From a virus (taxonomy: Duplodnaviria > Caudoviricetes): DNA of 44,975 bases. How positions within the stretch are numbered: position 1 is the stretch's first letter; every line of letters begins with the position of its first letter. The position numbers and the translations under genes were made by a program. The stretch spans positions 1 to 44,975 of the IMG/VR virus record IMGVR_UViG_3300044976_000012. One strand, 5' to 3'. This document shows, piece by piece, positions 17,397 through 29,183 of the stretch. A model generated the notes under the pieces. The model made no database searches. It saw nothing but the letters and a program-made list of their open reading frames with translations, and was not told where the DNA came from.

Positions 17397-17998
17397 CGGA
17401 GGTCGAAGGAGCCGAAGAACGCGAGGCCGTAGGCGCCGTTCTCGTCCACCCATTCGACCTTGCCCGTCCCGCCGATCCACTTGTTGAGAGCGTCGGCGTG
17501 CAGGGTGTGCGGGTGCCCGTCCGTCGCCTCCGTCTCCAGCCACTCAAAGATGCGGAGCCTGCCTGCGTGCGCCTTCGCGGTCGCGATCACGCTCTCCGGG
17601 TCGACGACGTGCTGCAACACGTTGTAGCACCACGCTTCCTTGAACTCGACGTCCGACGTGAACGTCTCGGCCTCCTCGCGCACGTACTCGATGCCCGCGA
17701 CCTCGTAGCGGGTTGCGATCCAGTCCGGATAAGCGCACGGGTCGACGACCGTGCTGTTCGGCCCCCGGTGCCTGCCCTTCAGCAGCATCGACACGGGGCC
17801 GCCGCCGAGGTCGAGGACGTCCATCCCGCCCAGCTCGTACACGGGCCAGCGGCCGCCGTCAGGAACGACCTGCATCTCCATCCGGTGCGCGTACGTGATC
17901 TGCTTCGCTTCCTCCCCGAACGTGTTGAGGCAATCGCCCCACCATCCGGCCTCCCACTCCTGCGCGTCCTTCACGAGTGTGCTGCTTGTCTTTGTCAT
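17393..17998 (-). CDS. Class I SAM-dependent methyltransferase
   Basis: VLDLGGGP motif I, VVDP, NVLQHVVDP. Confidence 0.85.
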   Translation of the reverse strand: MTKTSSTLVKDAQEWEAGWWGDCLNTFGEEAKQITYAHRMEMQVVPDGGRWPVYELGGMDVLDLGGGPVSMLLKGRHRGPNSTVVDPCAYPDWIATRYEVAGIEYVREEAETFTSDVEFKEAWCYNVLQHVVDPESVIATAKAHAGRLRIFEWLETEATDGHPHTLHADALNKWIGGTGKVEWVDENGAYGLAFFGSFDLR

Positions 17999-18204
17999 GG
18001 CTGGACTCTACGCATGATCGTCGGCTCGTGCTCGTCGAACGACCCCGGCCCCGTGCACATCGGTTCCATCCGCTGGTCGTTCCGCGCCCGGTTGCGGCAC
18101 GTCGGGCACTGGAACACGTAGACGCCTCGCTTCTCCGGCACGACACCCGCGATCGTGTCGAGCCGGAGAGCGAGCATCTCCATCCGTTCCAGAACGTCGC
18201 TCAC
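17995..18204 (-). CDS. Small Zn-binding protein (CPTC...C...H)
   Basis: GTG 18204 and the stop both overlap neighbours. Confidence 0.6.
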   Translation of the reverse strand: MSDVLERMEMLALRLDTIAGVVPEKRGVYVFQCPTCRNRARNDQRMEPMCTGPGSFDEHEPTIMRRVQP

Positions 18205-18545
18205 GCGTACGTGTAGCCGTAGGCGCTGCCGCCGATGTCTGTGCTGTTCGCGAACCCCTGGAAGTAGTCGTTGTTGATCACGTTGATCCACGTGTTCTGC
18301 ACGAACGGGACGTTCGCCGTGAGCGCCTGCGCGTCCGCGATCCGTTGCGCTGCCGTGTCTGCCGCCGTCGCGCCCTGCTGCAACGTGAACGTCCTCGCGG
18401 CCGTGACCGTCTCGATGATGTACGTGCGGACGATCCCGAACGTGCCTGCGCCAGCGACATTCTGGTAGCGCCATGTTGCGATGTTGGCAGCACCGTTCCC
18501 GAACAGCTTCGTCGAGATCAGCGTCGCCGGTGTATATGCGGCCAT
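18201..18545 (-). CDS. Hypothetical beta-rich protein, possibly virion-associated
   Basis: AGGAGGAG SD; 114 aa; downstream of a putative late promoter. Confidence 0.75.
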   Translation of the reverse strand: MAAYTPATLISTKLFGNGAANIATWRYQNVAGAGTFGIVRTYIIETVTAARTFTLQQGATAADTAAQRIADAQALTANVPFVQNTWINVINNDYFQGFANSTDIGGSAYGYTYA

Positions 18546-18577
18546 CCTTCTCCTCCTGTCAGTGTTTGCTTCGATGA

Positions 18578-18599
18578 ACGGTACACGGGTACGGTGACG
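18578..18599 (-). promoter_or_regulatory. Putative late promoter CGTCACC-N9-TACCGT
   Basis: Intergenic, same spacing as the other copies. Confidence 0.65.
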
Positions 18600-18602
18600 C
18601 CC

Positions 18603-19883
18603 TCACACGAGCGCCGGGTTGCAGTGGTTGATCGCGGGATACCGGGGCGGTGCCGCCACCGACACGAACTCCGTGAGCGTCTGCCCGAACGTAATGAACG
18701 AGTCGCCCGTCGCCCCGGCCGCTCCCGCGTAAACGAGCGTGCATGTTTGCGATGCCGCCATCGGCGCGTTCCCGGTCGCGAGGGCGCCGTACTGATCTTC
18801 GATGTAGGCGCGAATCCTGATGCGCTGCCCGTCCGTCAACGCGACCGAGTCGGCGTACAAGCGGCACTGCGATGTCTGCTCCGTTGTTGTCAGGACAAGC
18901 GGCTGCGAGTTGCCGAGGTTATTCGGGTTCACTTCCCCGGCCGCGAACACCGTGGCGCTGCTGCCGTCGCTGCCCACGACGGCCAGCTCGACCCATACGA
19001 CGGCGTTCGCGCCGGTCGCGGACGACTTCGCCCGCAGCTTCACAAGGATCTTCCCGGACAGCGTGACGGCCTGAAGCTGCTTCGTGTACCACTCGATCGT
19101 GTTGCCGCCAGCCGACGACGTCCACTGGAGCGCCGCCGTCGGCCCCGCCGCCGTGTTCCGCACCACCGACACCGCACCCGCGCCGCGTGCCGTCCACGCT
19201 TCCTTCTCGTCGACGGAGGCACCGATCACGACGTCGCTCGCGGTGTCCGTCAGGAAGATCTGCGTTGTCGCGGGGTCGCCGCCCGTGTCGAACGTCAGGT
19301 TCTCGTTGAACTGGACGTACGTGTCGCCCGACGCCGCCGCCGTCGTGCCGTTGTAGTTCATCGTGCAAGTGAAAGAGCCGCCCATCGTGCCGACGTTCTT
19401 GATTCCCGTGAACACGACGAACCGGTCGCCGACCGCCATCGACGTTGACGTCGGCGTCGCCGTCCAGTTATTGACGGCGTCTACCGTTCCCAGCTCGACG
19501 CCCTTCGCTGATTCCACGATCAGCGTCATTACTCCCTGCTTGTCGCACTTGTAGACGCGAACATTGAACCCGGCGTTCGCGTTCATGCTCGACTCCAGCC
19601 CCCACAGATTGAACGTGATGGTGCCGCTGATCGTCGCTGCCGCCGACAGCGGATAGCTGATGTAGCAAGGCGTACCCGATGCGTTCGTCGCGATGCCCGC
19701 CGTGTCGCTCGCGACCGTTGTCGCTTGTGAACCGATGACTCCTGATCCTCGTGCGGTCGAAAGACCGGCTCTCGGCACGGTGCCCTCGTACCGGCTATTC
19801 CAGAACGCAAGGTCGGACTGCATCCCCGGCATCAGCCCTTCTGCTGCCGTGTCTGGACTCACGAGGTACATCGGGGTCGCCAT
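18603..19883 (-). CDS. Thr/Ala/Gly-rich beta-sandwich protein, likely virion appendage component
   Basis: 426 aa with two similar halves (TISGTITFNL / TLSGKILVKL; GDRF / GQRI; GDTYVQF / GDSFITF). Downstream of the collagen gene. Confidence 0.65.
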   Translation of the reverse strand: MATPMYLVSPDTAAEGLMPGMQSDLAFWNSRYEGTVPRAGLSTARGSGVIGSQATTVASDTAGIATNASGTPCYISYPLSAAATISGTITFNLWGLESSMNANAGFNVRVYKCDKQGVMTLIVESAKGVELGTVDAVNNWTATPTSTSMAVGDRFVVFTGIKNVGTMGGSFTCTMNYNGTTAAASGDTYVQFNENLTFDTGGDPATTQIFLTDTASDVVIGASVDEKEAWTARGAGAVSVVRNTAAGPTAALQWTSSAGGNTIEWYTKQLQAVTLSGKILVKLRAKSSATGANAVVWVELAVVGSDGSSATVFAAGEVNPNNLGNSQPLVLTTTEQTSQCRLYADSVALTDGQRIRIRAYIEDQYGALATGNAPMAASQTCTLVYAGAAGATGDSFITFGQTLTEFVSVAAPPRYPAINHCNPALV

Positions 19884-24542
<4,659 letters not shown>

Positions 24543-24590
24543 CGTCTCCTCGTGTTGTGCCCTCGCGCGTTGCCCCTTCCGGGGAAAGAA

Positions 24591-25238
24591 CTAGGAACCA
24601 GACGCTGCGTTCTGCCAGCCGCACACGCCGACCGGCGGATCGTCCGTCGTCAGCCAGTAGCCGCCCCGGCGAATGTCGACGCCCGGGCCGTCACCGTACG
24701 GCCCCTGCCCCCACGCCGTGTTCGACCGGGAGAAGCCGTTGAGGACGGACGGGCCGAGGTTCAGCCCGTACGTCTGGTCGCCGATCTGCCAGCTCGTGCT
24801 CGGGTACACGTGATGCCACCACGGCCACGTGTTGTCCTGCGCGTCGTCGATCCAGTGCTTCGTCCAGAACTCAAACGCGAGCGAGTCGTAGTCGCTGCCG
24901 CACGAAAGCTCGTCCGGCCACGCTACGCCGATCACGTCGGCTCCGTCCTCGATCGGTGTTGCCCCGAGCATCAGCGACACGAGCGCCGGTTCGACGGCGC
25001 CGCGTGACAGCGCGAACAGCCATCGCTTCAGCTTGTCCTTGCCGCGGTACGAACCGAACGAGCAGTCGCAGCCGCCCGGCAGCTCGCTTGTCGCTCCGGC
25101 CTCGATGTCGGGATTGACTCCGACCTCGATCACCTTGTCGCTGACGTACATGTTGTCGTCGGCGGCCACGACGTTGCCCTGAGCGTCGAGCAGGGTGACG
25201 CGCATGGCGCAGATCTGTAGAGAGTTACCGCACTCCAT
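24591..25238 (-). CDS. Major tail (tube) protein
   Basis: MRVTLLD..G, acidic composition, AFEFWT and HHVYP motifs as in actinophage tail tube proteins that follow capsid genes. Strong SD. Confidence 0.75.
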   Translation of the reverse strand: MECGNSLQICAMRVTLLDAQGNVVAADDNMYVSDKVIEVGVNPDIEAGATSELPGGCDCSFGSYRGKDKLKRWLFALSRGAVEPALVSLMLGATPIEDGADVIGVAWPDELSCGSDYDSLAFEFWTKHWIDDAQDNTWPWWHHVYPSTSWQIGDQTYGLNLGPSVLNGFSRSNTAWGQGPYGDGPGVDIRRGGYWLTTDDPPVGVCGWQNAASGS

Positions 25239-25277
25239 GTGCTTCTCCTCCTCGTGCTCTCGTGGTTACGTGCATGG

Positions 25278-26129
25278 TCAAACCGACCTATCGATCAGGA
25301 CGGCCGCTTGCAGCGACACGTCCCAATTGACGAGGTACGTGCGCTCGGCGTACTCCGTCACTTCGTTCGTGTGACGGTCGAGCGCTTCCGACAGCGTGCT
25401 CGGGATGATCTCGTCGGCGTCGCGGCGAACGACGATCTGGCCGGACGCGAACGCCCATCCCTGATCCGCTCCCGCTGCCGCCTCGCCGTCCGGCTGCGCT
25501 CCCGTGTATCCGCCGCCGACAGCGACGGGCGTTCCGAGTGTCGTGCGGAGGACGTTGCCGTCCTTCGCGATCAGCGACCACTGCGCCCACGCGGTCGCGG
25601 TCGCCGGGTCGGCGTGAATGACTCCGGCCTGCGCCGTGTCACCGATCGCCTTCTCCAGCAAAGCTAGCCCTTCGACGGCCGAGACTGCTGCTCCGGCCGC
25701 CAGCACATCGGCGTTGCTGTCCGCGAGAAACGGGTTGAGCGGCTGCCACACGCCTTGCGACAGCTCCCGCTCGATCGCCCATCCCTCCTTCGCCTCAAAC
25801 GCAGCGAGCGCCCTCTGGCGAAACTCGGGATCCTCGACGCCCATGCTGAACGCCGAGCACGTGACCGGCAGCACCACCGTTACCGGCCCGAACGTCGGCG
25901 ACACGATCCCGCTCCCCGTGTCCTTCACCGCGTCGGACTGGCCGCCGCTGAGGCAGCCAGCCCATCCGAAGGGAAGGTCGTCGGAGTAGCCGCGGAACGT
26001 GCCGCCGTTCATCCAGTGCGGGTCGGCCTGCGGTGGCAGCACCGCTGCCACGTCAAGCAGCCCGAACCTCGGCCGAACGGGAGGAGGCCCGTCGAGCGCT
26101 ACCGACGATCCTAGTGTGGCTTCGCTCAT
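25278..26129 (-). CDS. Second capsid protein (major capsid pentamer-like)
   Basis: 283 aa directly after the MCP; GLALLE...GVIH, T.LGTPV.VGGGY and N....AERTY.V motifs as in cluster B/Rosebush-like heads. Confidence 0.7.
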   Translation of the reverse strand: MSEATLGSSVALDGPPPVRPRFGLLDVAAVLPPQADPHWMNGGTFRGYSDDLPFGWAGCLSGGQSDAVKDTGSGIVSPTFGPVTVVLPVTCSAFSMGVEDPEFRQRALAAFEAKEGWAIERELSQGVWQPLNPFLADSNADVLAAGAAVSAVEGLALLEKAIGDTAQAGVIHADPATATAWAQWSLIAKDGNVLRTTLGTPVAVGGGYTGAQPDGEAAAGADQGWAFASGQIVVRRDADEIIPSTLSEALDRHTNEVTEYAERTYLVNWDVSLQAAVLIDRSV

Positions 26130-26173
26130 GTTCTAGGCCTCCTTCCGTTCGGGTTCGGGTCGGGTTGTCGTGC

Positions 26174-27916
26174 TTAGCAGCTGAACGCCGTTGCCGGTGC
26201 GGCGGTGGCGCCGTTCGGGCAGACGGTCGAGATGATCTTCAGCGACTCGATGCCGACGGCCGCGAGGCCGAGGAACCGCTCGTAGAAGACCTCGAAGTCG
26301 TTCGTCGAGTTGAGGTCGCTGTCTCGGACGAGGCCGATGTCGAGTCGGCCCATGTCGAGGACGCCGAACATGCCCTCGTGGAACAGGTACCACGCGACGG
26401 TCGTGAAGAACTCACCGAGGTTCGTCGTCTCGCCGCCGTAGACCTGCGTGGTCGTGCCGTCCTGATCCATGTACCAGGAGATGTTGACGCCTGCCCGCGA
26501 CAGGAACGCCTCAACGGCCGCGACGGCCGCCTCGGGCGTGAGCCGCGAGTCCTGATTGTGGGCGAGGTCGGCCGCGATCAGCTCGCGTGTCCAGGCCGGG
26601 AACATCGCGCGGAGCCTGACGTTCGGCTCCATGCGGTGACGGCTCCGGTACCGTGCTGCGCCCTTCAGGATGCCCTGGATGAGCGTGCTGTAGGCACCAT
26701 ACTTCGCCTCGTCCGCGAGCACCGTGGACGCGAGCGTCATCGCCGCAAGCAGCTCCGTCTCGGAGGCCTGTGCCGACGCGACCGTGAGAAGGTCGGTGAC
26801 GTTCCCGACGCGCTCCGGCCATGCCCTCGCGTTCATGTTGCCGTGCTTCACGCACGCCGCGATCGCCTCGACCTCGGCCGACTGGAACGGGTCGCAGTCG
26901 ATCACGACGCAGTTCTTAATGCTGTCGCTCCCGCCTGCCTCGTCCTGCGCGGCCGTGACGATCGTGATGCCGTCCGTTACGTCGCTGATCCCGAGGGGAG
27001 TCGGGAACTGGATGCCTCCGCGCGGCGCCCCGAACGTCGGGAGCGCATCCTCGACCGGCGTTGCCGCCGACGAGATGAACGGGAGGTCGTAGCGTGCCGG
27101 GTACGGGGCGCAGAAGCCGCCCGACGCGAGCACCGCTTCCGGTGACGTGATCGCCTTGATCTTGCGGTCGTTCTCGTTCGGGTCGTCCGTGAGCGTCCGC
27201 TCCGGCGGGAAGTCGAAGTGAGCCGACGCGAGCACGACCTTGTCGCGGCCACCCGACGGGCGACCGACGGTGCGCTGCGCCTCGCCGAACAGCACCGCGA
27301 GCTGCGCCCGGTCGAGCTTCACGCCCGGCCGAATCAGGCTCTCAAAGCCAGCCGACGCGAGCAGGGCTGCCGGTGCCGCTTCCTTGCCGACGGTGATGCG
27401 CGGCCGGTGCGTTGCCGGAACGGCCGGGCGGCGAGGCACGACCGTTGCGCTCGCCGTCACTGCCTCGGCCTCCGCGACCACTTCTGCGGCGTCCTCGACG
27501 GAAGCCTCGGCCTCCGGCTCGTCGTCCTTCTCCGCGTCCGCGTCGTCGTCCTCGGCGGCTGCGTCCGCGGCCGCCAGTGCCTCGGCTGCCTCGGCGTCCT
27601 CGGCCACGTCCTCCAGGCCGAACTTCGCGGCCAGATCCGTGACGCTGCCGTTGTACGCCTCCTCGCCCTCGGCGATGCTCGCGAGTGCAGCGCGGATGCG
27701 CTCCAGCTCGACGACGCCGTTCGTCATCTGCTCGATGACGGACTCGCCGGGCGTGAACTCGTCCGTGCCCGGCTCACCGAGCAGCGTGCGGTCGTCCGCG
27801 GCGATGCGCCGGGCGACGTCCTTGAACTCGCTCTCCAGGGCGCTGAGGGCGTCCTTGTCGAGCGTCGAAAGGTCTTCGGGTGCCACGGGGAACAGTGGCG
27901 CGAGCTGCTTCTTCAT
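26174..27916 (-). CDS. Major capsid (hexamer) protein with acidic N-terminal scaffold region
   Basis: 580 aa; acidic Ala/Glu/Asp-rich N-terminus; ASGGFCAP, LPTF.APRGGI.F and LDIGLVRDS.LN.TNDF motifs. Confidence 0.88.
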   Translation of the reverse strand: MKKQLAPLFPVAPEDLSTLDKDALSALESEFKDVARRIAADDRTLLGEPGTDEFTPGESVIEQMTNGVVELERIRAALASIAEGEEAYNGSVTDLAAKFGLEDVAEDAEAAEALAAADAAAEDDDADAEKDDEPEAEASVEDAAEVVAEAEAVTASATVVPRRPAVPATHRPRITVGKEAAPAALLASAGFESLIRPGVKLDRAQLAVLFGEAQRTVGRPSGGRDKVVLASAHFDFPPERTLTDDPNENDRKIKAITSPEAVLASGGFCAPYPARYDLPFISSAATPVEDALPTFGAPRGGIQFPTPLGISDVTDGITIVTAAQDEAGGSDSIKNCVVIDCDPFQSAEVEAIAACVKHGNMNARAWPERVGNVTDLLTVASAQASETELLAAMTLASTVLADEAKYGAYSTLIQGILKGAARYRSRHRMEPNVRLRAMFPAWTRELIAADLAHNQDSRLTPEAAVAAVEAFLSRAGVNISWYMDQDGTTTQVYGGETTNLGEFFTTVAWYLFHEGMFGVLDMGRLDIGLVRDSDLNSTNDFEVFYERFLGLAAVGIESLKIISTVCPNGATAAPATAFSC

Positions 27917-27921
27917 CGGTC

Positions 27922-28010
27922 AGTCCTCCAGCGAGTCGTGGTTCGGATCTATGGCTCGCCGCGGTCTATGACCTCCGGCTCGCGCTGCCCGCCTATGGCG
28001 GTTCCGCGCT
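27922..28010 (-). promoter_or_regulatory. Structured 5' leader of the capsid gene with three CAUAG motifs
   Basis: CCGCC-ATA-GGCGG, GGTC-ATA-GACC and a third CATAG inside a GCGAG/CTCGC stem next to the SD. The + strand CTATG copies are at 27993, 27966 and 27949. Confidence 0.55.
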
Positions 28011-28016
28011 GACTTC

Positions 28017-28038
28017 GTTGTACCAGCTCCGGGTGACG
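28017..28038 (-). promoter_or_regulatory. Putative late promoter CGTCACC-N9-TACAAC for the capsid genes
   Basis: Directly downstream of the island terminator; same geometry as the other copies. Confidence 0.65.
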
Positions 28039-28057
28039 TGTCGCCGTGTTCATCCCA

Positions 28058-28085
28058 CGAGAAAGGGCGCCGTCTCCGGCGCCCT
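28058..28085 (-). terminator. Intrinsic terminator closing the small island
   Basis: AGGGCGCCG-GAGA-CGGCGCCCT stem with GNRA loop, followed by TTCTC. Confidence 0.8.
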
Positions 28086-28137
28086 CGTCTCGGTCAGCCA
28101 CCCCGACCCCGGCGAATGCGCCGGGAGGGACGGACAT

Positions 28138-28177
28138 AGCCTCGTGCGGAGTCGAACCGCCATACCCGGTCGAGGCA
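28138..28177 (-). ncRNA. tRNA-like minihelix (acceptor-like stem plus T-arm, no anticodon arm)
   Basis: GCCTCG-ACCGGGTATG-GCGG-TTCGACT-CCGC-A-CGAGGC: canonical T-loop and a 6-bp closing stem. Confidence 0.55.
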
Positions 28178-28194
28178 TCGGGCCGCGTGCCCGG

Positions 28195-28440
28195 CTAGCT
28201 CTTTGCGATCTCGGCGCTCCCGAGGAAGAAGGTCGGGCCAGTGTACTCGGCGCCGTCGAGCCAGCGGCGGCCTGTCCATGAGCGGAAGATGTAGGCGGTG
28301 ACGCTGACGCGGCGGCTGTTGACCTCGGCCTCGTAGGCGTGGTCGCCGCACGTCGGGCACGTCGCCTCGTCTGTCGTGAGCGCGTGGCAATGGTCGAACG
28401 CGGGCTGCGGTGCGTTGCAGGTCACGGTATTCGTCTTCAT
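28195..28440 (-). CDS. 81-aa Cys-rich protein (C..C..CPTC), single gene of an island
   Basis: ATG 28440 follows the start-associated sequence; MKTNTVTCNAPQPAFDHCH...CPTCG. Confidence 0.75.
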   Translation of the reverse strand: MKTNTVTCNAPQPAFDHCHALTTDEATCPTCGDHAYEAEVNSRRVSVTAYIFRSWTGRRWLDGAEYTGPTFFLGSAEIAKS

Positions 28441-28445
28441 CGTGT

Positions 28446-28520
28446 CTCCTCCTCGGGAGTCGCGGTGGGCTGATAGGTGAATCATGCCTGCTCCCGCCAC
28501 GCTTGTCAAGTATTTATCTG
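28446..28520 (-). promoter_or_regulatory. Full expression cassette
   Basis: CAGATAAATA 28520-28511, TTGACA 28509-28504, N17, CATGAT 28486-28481, CGACTCCCGAGGAGGAG 28462-28446. Confidence 0.9.
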
Positions 28521-29183
28521 CTGCCCTGTCCAGACGGCGGCGGTGCGGAGCCGGTTGCGCCCACTCATGTGCCGTCGGCGCACGAGCGACGGGTTGTCGT
28601 CCGGGTGCTGGAACAGGCACGGCACCGTCACGATCGCGGGCTGCCGGTGCCGCATGAAACGGCCGACGTGGCTGTCGTCGTCGCGGTGCTCCGGGTCGAC
28701 GTTCTCGTCCGCCCACGCGGCGAGCTCTTTCGCCATCTCGGCGGGCCATGCCGTCGCGACGGTCGGCGTGAAGTCGCCCGGTTGGATCTCCACGTACTGC
28801 TCTCCGGCCTCGTGCGCCCTCCTCGCGACGCGCGCCGTCCGTATCGGGTGTCCGGCCAGGAAGAAGCAGACGGCGCGTCCAGGGTGCTCTGAGAGCGCCG
28901 CCGGGATTCGCTCGTGCAGCTGGTCGCCCGGGATCGCGTCGTCCTGCACGACGAGCAGCCACGCTGCGTCGTGCGCTCTTGTCAGGCACTCGCGGTAGGT
29001 GCGCCACGCGGACGGCCTGCCGTCGGGCCTCGGATCGGTGACGACCTCGACGGGTAGCCCTGCGAGTCCGGGGAGCAGCCTGTCGAGCAGCGGCGCCCTG
29101 CTCGGGTGATGCTGCACCCGGATCAGAAAGTCGGGAGCGGCCGCCCGGATGCCTCCGGGCTGACGCCGCCCCCCTGTTGTCAC
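28506..29183 (-). CDS. Putative glycosyltransferase (GT-A-like)
   Basis: HPSR, WLLVVQDDA (DD metal motif), DDSHVG and VPCLFQH motifs resemble small actinophage glycosyltransferases. Confidence 0.7.
   Translation of the reverse strand: MTTGGRRQPGGIRAAAPDFLIRVQHHPSRAPLLDRLLPGLAGLPVEVVTDPRPDGRPSAWRTYRECLTRAHDAAWLLVVQDDAIPGDQLHERIPAALSEHPGRAVCFFLAGHPIRTARVARRAHEAGEQYVEIQPGDFTPTVATAWPAEMAKELAAWADENVDPEHRDDDSHVGRFMRHRQPAIVTVPCLFQHPDDNPSLVRRRHMSGRNRLRTAAVWTGQQINT

Noticed and set aside
27949-28137. 62-aa ORF MSVPPGAF...
   Set aside because: It crosses a terminator, a promoter and the capsid leader hairpins, and has only a weak SD, so it is probably spurious.
28120-28200. Complete tRNA gene
   Set aside because: Only the T-arm and acceptor-like stem are present; no anticodon arm, D arm or CCA. 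Reported as a minihelix instead.
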